A stretch of 20,000 bases of DNA from Priapulus caudatus (taxonomy: Eukaryota): contig NW_014577066.1 in assembly GCF_000485595.1 (NCBI RefSeq), positions 907,885 through 927,884 on the forward strand, in the 5' to 3' direction. Below, in pieces: positions 9,986 through 20,000 of the stretch; within the stretch, counting starts at the first letter, position 1; each line of letters starts with the position of its first letter. The notes below the pieces were generated by a model. It did no database searches. It had not been told where the DNA came from and was given only the letters and a program-made list of their open reading frames with translations. Position numbers and translations under genes: made by a program.

Positions 9986-12900
9986 CTTTTTCTTTATATG
10001 TCTTTTATTCTATTTTTTTTTTTATTTTTTTTTTTTCTTTTTCTCTACTCTTATTTTTTTAATTTCTTTTTTTCTATATTCTAATCTCTCTTTAACAATT
10101 ATGCCCTTACAACTACACAAGCAGGTCGCGTGTGTGCTGCTGAGCATATCACTCGCTCTGCTCGGTCACAGCACACGAGCCGACACGATGAGAGCCAGCA
10201 TCGACGAGCACACGACGAGTCGCAACACAATCTTTAATGCCGAGCCACTGGCACTACACACTAACCACACGCACTACGACCGCACGAGCGAAACCGAGAG
10301 CACCGACGACAGGTGCATATGAGAAACATGTAAATAAGAACCGTCGAGAGCGCTTAACATAAAACCTAAAACGGCAGTTCGCATGGCCGTTATGAACCTG
10401 TTAAACCTATATCATGAGCAGTTAATGGTGGGGAGGAGTGCGCTGATATTGCGGGAAGGGCGACGTGCGTAATTAGACTCACCACGATTGTGCTGGAGAA
10501 TGGTGAGCATGTGCAAAAACTCAAATGGCTCACAAAGCTGACGTTGCTACTCGCATCTCTACGTTTCACCTTAATCATAACTCGGTCTCTCTCGTCTCGT
10601 CTCTCTCTCTCGCGTAAGCTCAGAGGATGCGAAGATCTCTTCCTCTCTCTCTTCCTGAGCTATAGAGGGTGCGTGATAACAACGGTCTCCCAGGGTCGCT
10701 CGCTAGAATACTTGCACATGTAAAACTCGTATCCCCGCGTGCGAAAGATTCATTTGCTCCGTCAACTTACTGCGATTGTAAGAAGTTACTATCGAACCTA
10801 TGGTAACTGTGGGCGATGCAAAGTTAGAAAGAGCAGCCACATCCCGGACCACACACCTGCTACGCCCGCAACACGGCCACTATCGACCTCTTCTGCAACC
10901 TCTGCCCCAGGTCACCCGCAATCTTTCAAATTTGTCGCCCCGCCGCACCTTCCCGCACGCATTCGTCTCCTATCTATTGGTCTTTCCAGTTCTCGGTTCT
11001 CTCCTCTCAACATTTCTCCTCTCTCCCTTTCTTCCCTCCGCTCTCTCTCTCTCGCCCCCTCTTCCTCTAAATCCTCTCACTCTCATCCCTGTCCTACGTC
11101 CCTGACTCTCTACTGCCTACTAGGCACCATAAGCACGCGCGCCACGGCCACACTGCCACCCGGTTATAAACCGTCTCCTCTCTCGTACACGTCTCTCTAC
11201 CTATCGCGCCAACTCTCGGCTTTATCACATTCTTCTCTCTCTTCTGCCAACTCTCTCTCCCTGGCTCTCTCTTCTCTTAAGCTACTCTTCCCGGATTTCT
11301 CAACCTGCCCTTCCATTCGCACCTGCCACACACACTTCCACCATCCCATTCTGTTACATCCTTACGTCTCCTTACTCACCCTCCAATCCTACTCTAGCCC
11401 TTCCTCTGCTGCTCGCTCCCACTTCACATATCAGCACTCCGCCTTCTCTCTTACCTCTCTTATTCATCTTATTTCCTGTCTTCTCCCCCCCCAGCTCCCA
11501 ACATACCCGTCTACCCCCTCGCTTGCCCTGTCTTACGATACTACGACACTTAACCCTAACCGTAACCATGAATAAATTTCTTCTCTTACAATTCACTCAT
11601 CCCTCCTCACGCCCACACATATCCACAGGAGCGAGATTAACACAATACGACCACCAGCATCAATACCTAAATCTCTTCATCCAGACTCAATGTTCTAGAG
11701 AGACGTACACCACGGATCACTATCTTCACCTGACAGACACCCGTCCTCGCCCCTCCCACGCCCCGCCTCCTTCTTTCTCAGTATCCTCCCCCCGCCACTT
11801 CCCTCACCCTCCCCCTCCTTTTATCCTACCCCTACGCACACATATACACCTAACGACCTACCTTCAACCCTATTTAATGTTGCTGGTCTGCTGCTAAACA
11901 GGCATAAACTACTAACATGTTCAAAATATCAAATTTCTAGATAACATTTAAAATATGTATCTAAGAATTAGAAATTAGTGAAACTCTGGTAAGTGTCTCA
12001 GGAGTGAACAGAGAAACTATGGGGCCAATTTTCGTTCTTACCGCATCCCCCATGATTGCTGAGTCTGTAGCGACGCACCGTCTAACGACGCAAGCGAATA
12101 CCACCAATCCGACGGGACTGCACGACCACTCGCAGCTGTCTCTACTGCAGTATACACTGGACGCTTTATCCTCCATAGTCATCGGGGAATATACCATGCG
12201 ACTAGCATGCAAGCACGACTATATAACAGTCGCCACAATTATTAACTCGATTTATGAAGGCACAAAGTAAATACACTAACACATAACAGCGCACGGGAGC
12301 AGTCGATCCAATAATCTGCTCTAGTATACTGCCCAGGATATAACTCAGATTACGGGGATAGACATGATACAGGGATACAAAACTATCTTCCGGAATAAAG
12401 CCCGACGTAACACAATAAGAAGAGCTTTGTTTTTGTGATGGTCAATGTCTGCACGGAGTATATCCACGTACACTATCCTGCGTCGGCTGCGACAGCCTTG
12501 AAAAGCACATAAGTCTGAGGCGGTATAGACAAATTACGTAGCGCAGGATGAAGCAGAGTGATTCAGGAGAGCAGTGAGTTAACGGCCGGCATCGACTTGA
12601 ATAACTGCAGCTCGACCTCATGTCCAAACGTCGCGGGACATATGTCTGCCGAAACGTCCACACTTACCTTCCATCCGCATCACATGTTTAGCGCCCTTGG
12701 CCCTTTTAATAACCCGGCTTACAAGACACACTCATGGCTGACAATAATCGACGAATCGTTACTCAGCGAAAATGCGACACGGCTGGCTCCCGCAATGAGC
12801 GCAAGGCCCTTGCAGATATTAATACATGTGCAAGAAAACTTCCATAACTTTGCCTGCCGAGTGGACCATTATAATATGCGTCGAATATCCGGAGGTAACT

Positions 12901-13315
12901 TTCAATCCTCCTAAATTGCAATATCAGCCACTCCAAAGTGTGCTCCGCACCACGCCCGTGTACGATCTTTGATCATAAGTAACTAGGGGTGATGAATTAT
13001 GGCTAGCATGCGAACATAAAAGTCTTTTTTCTAATCGCATTTGCTCCCTTGCTCAAGACGTGCCAGGCCGATAACACAATAAAGGAGACGGCCAAGAATC
13101 CAGGAGCGGTGATATTTCAATTGCAAAAAAATCTAAGTTTCTGCCGCGCACGATCAACACGACACACGACGTATTAGCCCAATAATCTAGATTAATTTGT
13201 ATATTACTTATAACGACAATGCCAAATATAGGTTGGTTTACACATTAGTGCATCACAAGAGCCACACATAACTCTATGAGAGACCACGTATCAGAAATAT
13301 TTTAAACTAATTAAG

Positions 13316-13610
13316 AACAAAGAAGCAATCGGAGATAGCAAACCTCCGCCCACAGCGTTTTTTTGACATTGATATTTGAATGTGCACCCAGCACAACGCA
13401 ATCTTCCCCACAAAAAGGCGGAACAAACCTAGATCCAGAAGCTTGTGTCACCACCAAAATAATCTAATCGATTGGTTCTTCCCCACGACCAATCCGTCAG
13501 TTCATCACAAAAATTCCGTCGCGTAAATTTTGAGATATCCGACTTGACAGACAAACCAACAAAACTAACAGGCGGAAAACATAACGGGCTCCCCTTGGCC
13601 GAGGTGTTAT
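13316..13610 (-). mobile_element. Duplicate (noisy) copy of the HINE/DINE-1-like element
   Basis: Same structure as 17978-18246 (gcaatcggagatagcaaacctccgcc ... aaaacataac...ttggccgaggtgttat), with extra inserted bases. Confidence 0.6.
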
Positions 13611-14574
13611 ACAGTCGCGTCTTCTCTGTATATATTTTCGTCACCGCGCACACGTAGTCACAGCGAACCTTCAGGCTATCCATTCGTTCTCCTCCCTCTC
13701 TCACTACCAACCCACTACCCCCTCCCTCTTTCTTTTCTCCTCTCGCTCCCTGGCTGTTTCTCCCCGCGCGTCCCTTTCCTCCCTGGATTTCTTCTGTCTC
13801 TTCTCTATTTCTGTCTTTGCCGTTCTGTATCTGCCTCTGTCTTTATCTCTATGTCTGGCATTGTCTGCTGTTTCACTTTCGCCGTCTTCAGTGTTGCCTC
13901 TGTCTCTATCTCTGTCCCTGCCTGCCGTCTCTTGTCTCTATCTGCTCTCATATGTCTCTTCTCTTCGAAATCTACATTTTTACTACGGGTTATACTGTAT
14001 CAATCTTTACAAACGTGACATTTGGTATAAAATTAGGAGTGAATAATAAATAATGATATATCTATTATTTCTCACTCCTGATAAAATATCCTATGCTTCC
14101 AATGCCCCGTTTAATGCGGCAAGTGACGTCGTGCAATGCTAGCACACACTGCCTTTCGCTGATTCTCAACGTATATCAGCCAGCCAGCACCTTCTACGGC
14201 CGATGCCCGCAAGACTCATCTCCAGAAATGCGCCTTCTGATCAACCCAATATTGAAAACCAACTGACGGATAGTGCATTTTCAAAGTGGACGACGCGGCG
14301 TGGTGGTAGATTCGAGTCCATCAATCTGTGCTCTCTTATCCACATATACACGCTCATATACAGCATGACCAGGTTGTGTGTGTGTGTGTGTGGGTGTGTG
14401 TGTGTGTGGTGTGGTGTGTGATGTGTTGTGGTGTGCGTCGCGTGCGGCGTGCGTGCGTGCGTGCGTGCGTGTGTGTGTGTGTTGTGTGTGTGTGTTGTGG
14501 ACTGTGTGTGCGCGCGCATGTGCGCGTGTAGTGTGTGTGAGTGAAGGCGAGGTGAGGGGTGTAATGCTATATTA

Positions 14575-15501
14575 ACGCATGGAGCGATCGACCCAATTTT
14601 CGTTAGCACGTGGGCGGCTTTATAGACGCGAACAAAGAACTTCACAGCCGATTCTTTTGCCCACTGATTTGCGCAAACAGTGCAAAAGTGCAAAAATGCA
14701 GGCATACAACGCGCGGTTCCAGTGGCGAAAACGTTCAAAAAGATCAGTGTGCGCATGTGTCAGGCGGCCCCTATGTAAACGAAAGGCAAGGCCAAGCGAC
14801 AGAACAATGTCATCACTGGTTCAGTTGCACACCGCCTGGCGATGCATTGTTAAGTTTTCAAGACATTGCCCACTTGGACTTCATATCCAACCAACATTCT
14901 TCTCCACATTCAGCACTATGCTAGGCTAGCCAACGGCCAATTTGTTAAATCCGAAAGGCGTAAATCAAAGTAGTAATCTGCTCAGCCATTACTTTTACGG
15001 CATTTTGCTCTGATTTTTAAACCGCCCATAAGATGTCAAACGGTTGCTTAGAAGGTAAGGAAATCACGAAAGAAGTGCCCGGCAGTTTCATGAGCCCCTT
15101 CATAGTTTCATCATAGCCGAAGGATCTATACATTTCGAAATGGAGTCGACAAACAATATTAGCATTTGTTTAGCTATTCACAAGCCGCAGATTAAAAATA
15201 TACTGGCATTAGAGACTAGTGAAGGACGTACATAAAATAAATTATCCATAGAGCCCGCGATCCATTCAAAACACTCCAGTTATGGCATGCATGGAGAGAC
15301 CACTAAAATTAGCAACCATTCAAAGGCAAACGGCAGAAAAATACTGAAATCAAGAAGCCATATCACGAACCGCGGAGAGATATGCTGAAATCTCGTCCAT
15401 TCAGAAACTCTTCATACTACCGTAGCAAGAGAGAACGGATTTTCAACGCGTGCTAGCACATAGCAATAGCAATAGGCAATCAATGAAAATGGCGACATCC
15501 G
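14575..15501 (+). pseudogene. Duplicate copy of the decayed hAT transposase
   Basis: FFCPLICA...RGSSGEN (ORF 14610..14924), KEITKEV (~15057-15077), SPF..FIIAEGS (~15093-15127) and DKQ.SICL.Y (15148-15177). Collinear with 19125-20000. Confidence 0.5.
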
Positions 15502-17084
15502 NNNNNNNNNNNNNNNNNNNNNNNNNGAGAGAGAGCGACCCCACAGGAGAAAGACGAGAGAGAGAGAGAGCAGCGAGAGTGACAGATAAGTAGCTAGATA
15601 GATAGATAGAGGAGGAGAGAGAGCAGAGAGAGAGAATAGACGAGAGGACGTACCGAGATGGAGAGAAGATAGGGACGAAGATAGATAGATAGATAGATAG
15701 ATAGATTAGATAGATAGATAGTTTAGATAGAGTAGATAGATTAGATAGCAATGACAGAGGAAGAACGAGGGAAATGACGAGAGACGAAGACGGAGAGAGA
15801 GAGGAGAGACGAGAGAACAGGAGAGGAGAGGGGAAGAGGAGGATAGGAGGAGCAGAGAGAGACTGAGAAAGGGAGAGGGCATGAGAGAGAGAGAGACGAG
15901 AGCGAGAGAGAGAAAGACATGAGAAGGAGGGCGCGACGATGAGAAGATGAGAAGATAGCGAGGGAGACGAGAGCGAGAGAGAGAGAGAGAGAGAGAAAGC
16001 ATGAGAGAGAGGAGAGCGAGAGAGAGAGAGAGGAGAGAGAGGATGAGAGAGAATGCTACCGTCATTGCTGACACTCTGAGTGAGTGCCATCGATCGTGCT
16101 TCGCGATTGCGCCGCCGTCCGTGATTAACGACTTGATCAAGCCAGATGCGACTTACACCGCTGAACGACCACACCTAGCGACGCAGCAGCGACGCAGCGA
16201 CGCACAGCGCATGCGTAGTCGAAACACGGTCGCTCGCTCGTTTATCATATTCGACGTTTGCTCGCTCTCTTTGAGGACGAATTGCCGTATTACATTTATA
16301 CGCATGCCTACGCGGAAACCCCTACTTATCTATGTGACGAAGATATCGAATCATCTGCCCTAACATTGTATTCGCAGACGTAGATTTTCGTTTCACAAAG
16401 CACCGGACGCGACAAAACACAAGTATCGCAGGCTTGCTCGGGCTACCGCCGACCTGACGATATATTGACCGCGCGAGCACGGAGGTTTCCTGCCATGACC
16501 ACACGCGGCGACGATAAAAGACCGGATCAGCACGGACGGAGGAAATGAAAAAGCGAAAGTGCTGTTTCACCCACCTCCCCGCTTCCCGGTTTTTCGCGTT
16601 CGTCATTCCGTCGTCGCCGCACCAGCGACTGTTGTACTCTGCTGATATCTCAGTGGAAGCGAAAACCCACAAAGAATTTCGCGCCAAAGGCCGGCCGTTG
16701 CCACAAACTACAGCAGCGCGCGGTAAATAAATCCGCCTCTTCCGGGCCATAGATCCGCCGCCGAGAGTGAGCGGTGGCGCCGCGTCGCACGAATCTTTAT
16801 CCGCGCTGGACACCATAGCGCGAGCGCTGAAAACGCAGCACCGACGCATAGCTAACTGGGGCGGATTATGAGAGCAGTATAACGCAGAGCGTAACGCGGT
16901 GGCTGCAGACTTTAGGCGTTAAGCAGGAAGAATGCGGAGATTTCTGCTTGGGCTCGTGATAACAACGGGGCGCCGCAAATTTGACTATTGTAACTCGACC
17001 GAAATGCTGCGACAGTGCCGATTGTATAGATATGTATACGAAATCTATTGGTAACTGTGCGGAATGAGTAGGAAAAGGAGCAGC

Positions 17085-17270
17085 ACACCACGGACACACG
17101 CCACGCCGCCACACGGATAACCCACGCACGCGCGCCGGACACAAGCACTTGCGGCGCACGGACATAGCACGCGCGCACGGCACACGCACGCGCACACGGA
17201 CACACGCACGCGCGCACGGACACACGCACGCGCGCACGGACACACGCACGCGCGCACGCACGCACACATA
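17085..17270 (+). repeat. 20-bp minisatellite CACACGCACGCGCGCACGGA (4 near-perfect copies plus degenerate ones), followed by (GCAC)n to ~17380
   Basis: Near-identical 20-mers at 17181, 17201, 17221 and 17241, with decayed units upstream. Confidence 0.85.
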
Positions 17271-17339
17271 TACAGAGACATGCGGGCGGGCGGATGCATA
17301 CGCGCATCATGTATAGCCCCGCGCGCACGCACGCACGGA

Positions 17340-17371
<32 letters not shown>

Positions 17372-17977
17372 CATGCACACCTTACACGCACGTATACGTA
17401 CACACAATCACACACGCGCACGGAGCGTCTTTTGGTAATGCAACCGATACGGGTAGCTGAAAGATAAACACTATTGAAGCGGTAAAGAAGGTTTTTGTGG
17501 TGGTAATTCCCAGTCGGACCACCCGTCGGCTGGCGACAGCCTTGAGTGACACACAAAGCGAGGCGTAGATAGCGAGCGAGACAGCGTACGCGATTGTCGG
17601 CCTGTCATGTAAACGTCGCGGTGACATTGTCTGCGAAAGCAACTTATCATCGATATGCCCTCCCTTCTCACAAGCACTGCCTCGCGCAGCTGGGCTCCTC
17701 GCAATGAGCGCAGGTGAGATTAAAATGTGAGATTCATAATTGTTCCGTGGCATTGTTTAATTCCCTATTAGCACCAGTGTGCTCACCGTGACGTTTGATA
17801 AATGGTGATATTGCTGCAAGTCTTTTTTCTCCGCGCCAGTGGAACGGACGGCGAGCGGTATATGCCCAATTAATCTAGATTAATTTGGTATATACTTATA
17901 CGACAATGCAATATATGTTGTTTACTCTAGTGCATCAAAATTTTGAGAAGACGTATCGAAATATTTTAAATCTAATT

Positions 17978-18246
17978 AAAACAAGAGCAATCGGAGATAG
18001 CAAACCTCCGCCACAGCGTTTTTTTGATGAATTTTGAATGTGCCCGAAGTCTTCCCCACAAAAAAAGGGAACAAACCCTAGATCCAGAGCTTGGTCACCA
18101 CCAAAATCTAATCGATTGGTTCTTCGCCCACGACCAATCCGTCAGTTTCATCAAAATCCGTCCGTAACTTTTTGAGATATCCTGTTGACAGACAAACCAA
18201 CAAACTAACAGGGGCGAAAACATAACCTCCTTGGCCGAGGTGTTAT
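17978..18246 (-). mobile_element. Non-autonomous Helentron-associated element (HINE / DINE-1-like), ~270 bp
   Basis: Minus strand begins acctcggccaaggaggttatgttttc (subterminal IR plus short partial inverted copy). A GTTT/GTCT-like microsatellite follows (gttagtttgttggtttgtctgtc). It ends tggcggaggt, then a small hairpin GCTATC-TCC-GATTGC and a T-run. The subterminal inverted repeats are ACCTCCGCCA (18004-18013) and TGGCCGAGGT (18232-18241). Confidence 0.65.
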
Positions 18247-18404
18247 ACAGTCGCGTCTTCTCTGTATATATTTTCTCACGCGCACACGTAGTCACGCGAA
18301 CCTCACTCTCATTCGTTCTCCCTCCTCTCTCAACCCCACTACCCCCTCCCTCTTTCTTTCTCCTCCTCGCTCCCTGCCTGTTTCTCCCGCGCGCTCCCTT
18401 CCTC

Positions 18405-18575
18405 CCTGATTCTCTCTGTCTCTTCTCTTATTTCTGTCTTTGGTTCTGTATCTGCCTCTGTCTTTTATCTCTATGTCTGCATGTCTCTGTCACTTTCGCC
18501 GTCTCAGTGTCTGCCTCTGTCTCTATCTCTGTCCCTGCCTCCGTCTCTGTCTCTATCTGCCTCTCATATGTCTCT
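18405..18575 (+). repeat. Degenerate (TCTCTG/TCTGTC)n hexamer tract (duplicate at ~13790-13965)
   Basis: Repeated tctctgtc/tctatc/tctgcc units. Confidence 0.7.
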
Positions 18576-18973
18576 TTCTTCGAATCTACATTTTTACTTA
18601 CGGGTTATACTGTATCATCTTTACAAACGTGCATTTGTATAAAATTAGGAGTGAATAATAAATAATGGATAATCTATTATTATTCACTCCTGATAAAATT
18701 ATCCTATGCTTCAATGCCGTTTAATCGGCCGTGACGTCGTGCAATGCTAGCACACAGCTGCCTTTCGTGATTCTCACGTATATCAGCCAGCCAGCACCTT
18801 TACCGCGATGCCCGCAAGACTCATCTCCAAATCGCCTCTGTCAACCCAATATTGAAAACCAACTGACGGATAGTGCATTTTCAAAGTGGAGACGCGGCGG
18901 TGGGGAGATTCGATGCCATCAATTGGTGCTCTCTTCATCCACATATACACGCTCATATACAGCATGACCAAGG

Positions 18974-18974
<1 letters not shown>

Positions 18975-19040
<66 letters not shown>
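18975..19040 (+). repeat. (GT)n microsatellite (duplicate, more complex version at ~14375-14540)
   Basis: Directly visible. Confidence 0.95.
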
Positions 19041-19044
<4 letters not shown>

Positions 19045-19124
19045 TGTGGTACTGTGTCGTGCGCGCGCATGTGCGCTGTGAGTGTGTGTGAGTGAGCGAG
19101 GTGGGGGTGTAATGCTAATATACG

Positions 19125-20000
19125 CCATGGAGCGAGACCCAATTTTCGTACAGTGGCGGCTTTATAGACGCGACAAAGAACTTCACAGCGATTTTTGCCC
19201 ACTGATTGCGCAAAAGTGCAAAAGTGACAAAAATGCAGCATACAACCGCGGTTCCAGTTGGCGAAAACTTCAAAAGATCAGTGTGCCATGTGTCAGGCGG
19301 CACCTATGTAACAAAGGCAAGGCAAGCGACAGAACAATGTCATCACTGGTCAGTTTCACACCGCCTGGCGATGATTGTTAAGTTTTCAAGGACATTGCCA
19401 CTTGACTTCATATCCACCAACATCTTCTCCCATTCAGCACATGCTAGGTAGCAACGGCAATTTGTTAAATCCGAAAGGGTAGAATCAAAGTAGTATCTCT
19501 CACCATTAATTTTACGCGATTTTCTCGATTTTTAAACCGCCCATAAGATGTCAAACGGTGTGCTTAGAAGTAAGGAAATCCACGAAAGATGCCCGAGTTT
19601 TGAGCCCTTCATAGTTTCATCCATAGCCGAAGGATGCTATACTTTCGAAATGCAGTCGACAAACAATATTAGCATTTGTTTAGCTATCTCAAGCCGCAGA
19701 TAAAAATATACTAGGATTAGAGACTAGTGAAGGACGTACATAAATAAATTACCATAGAGCCCGCGATCATTAAAACACTCCCAGTATGGCTGCATGGAGA
19801 GACCACTAAAATTAGCAACCATTCAAAGGCAAACGGAGAAAAATACTGAAATCAAGAACCATATTCACAACCGCGCGGAGAGATATGCTGAAATCTGCGT
19901 ACCATTCAGAAACTCTTCATACTACGTACAAGAGAGAACGGATTTTCAACGGTGCTAGCAATAGCAATACAAAGGCAATCAATGAAAATGGCGACATCCG
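19125..20000 (+). pseudogene. Decayed hAT-superfamily transposase (ZNF862/ZMYM1-like, TTF zinc finger plus DUF4371 region), running off the window end
   Basis: Across frameshifts, motifs appear in the expected order. TTF-finger-like FC..C...KNA...RGSS..NFKRS at ~19193-19280. Then DF.TAI...KEI..., SPF..., IA(D/E)G at ~19600-19635 and DKQ.SICL.Y at 19658-19687, resembling the first catalytic-Asp motif. Then C....LKLA (CxxH-like region, ~19790-19820) and FRNSS..R (~19906-19927). Recognised by eye only. Confidence 0.55.

Larger units (their letters stand above)
8320..15501 (+). repeat. Copy 1 of the duplicated segment (noisy, insertion-rich version)
   Basis: Collinear anchors shared with 15527-20000: 31-nt ACGCAGCGACGCACAGCGCATGCGTAGTCGA (8951 vs 16192), an identical 50-mer starting TCAACCCAATATTG (14241 vs 18841), and terminal CAATGAAAATGGCGACATCCG (15481-15501 vs 19980-20000). 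Confidence 0.92.
15527..20000 (+). repeat. Copy 2 of the duplicated segment (cleaner version)
   Basis: Starts with the same GA/GATA tract as 8320-8710 and is collinear with copy 1 up to the identical final base. It is separated from copy 1 by exactly 25 N (15502-15526). Confidence 0.92.

Noticed and set aside
9662..10095. Phe/Leu-rich 140-aa ORF over a 430-bp T-rich tract (possible membrane protein or retrocopy poly-A tail)
   Set aside because: The tract is absent at the equivalent point in copy 2 (~16700). It is low-complexity and most likely a low-quality stretch of a raw long read.
11551..11567. TAACCCTAACCGTAACC telomere-like repeat
   Set aside because: Fewer than three imperfect units, inside the noisy read-derived segment, and absent from copy 2.
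10739..11897. Longest ORF (278 aa, Ser/Leu/Pro-rich) and overlapping 124-aa ORF
   Set aside because: Translation of C/T-rich noise that replaces the ~400-bp CACG repeat region of copy 2. It has no domain features, and stop-poor composition explains the length.
19981..20000. AAAATGGCG as a YY1 site or the start codon (MATS...) of a new gene
   Set aside because: It lies at the end of the hAT transposase-like stretch and is better explained as part of it; it cannot be evaluated at the window edge.

Overview
Eukaryotic (metazoan) draft-assembly DNA, mostly intronic or intergenic and rich in microsatellites, with four N-gaps. The only convincing host coding sequence is the first coding exon of a TspanC8-subfamily tetraspanin (TSPAN33/TSPAN5-like) on the minus strand (7168..6983). 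It ends at a phase-0 GTGAGT donor inside TM1, and a likely 5'UTR intron and CRE/ATF-site promoter lie upstream. No exon 2 was found, so positions 1-6982 are probably mostly intron. The right 60% of the window is one ~4.5-kb region present twice (~8320-15501 and 15527-20000). The copies are separated by exactly 25 N, differ mainly by indels and end at the same base, which most likely makes this a long-read gap-filling artefact. The duplicated unit holds a ~270-bp Helentron-associated (HINE/DINE-1-like) element and a decayed hAT transposase (ZNF862/ZMYM1-type). The most unusual signal is five E-boxes at an exact 11-bp period (2573-2633) in the presumed intron. I cannot firmly support a novel multi-gene system, and nearly all ORFs in the track are microsatellite or noise translations.
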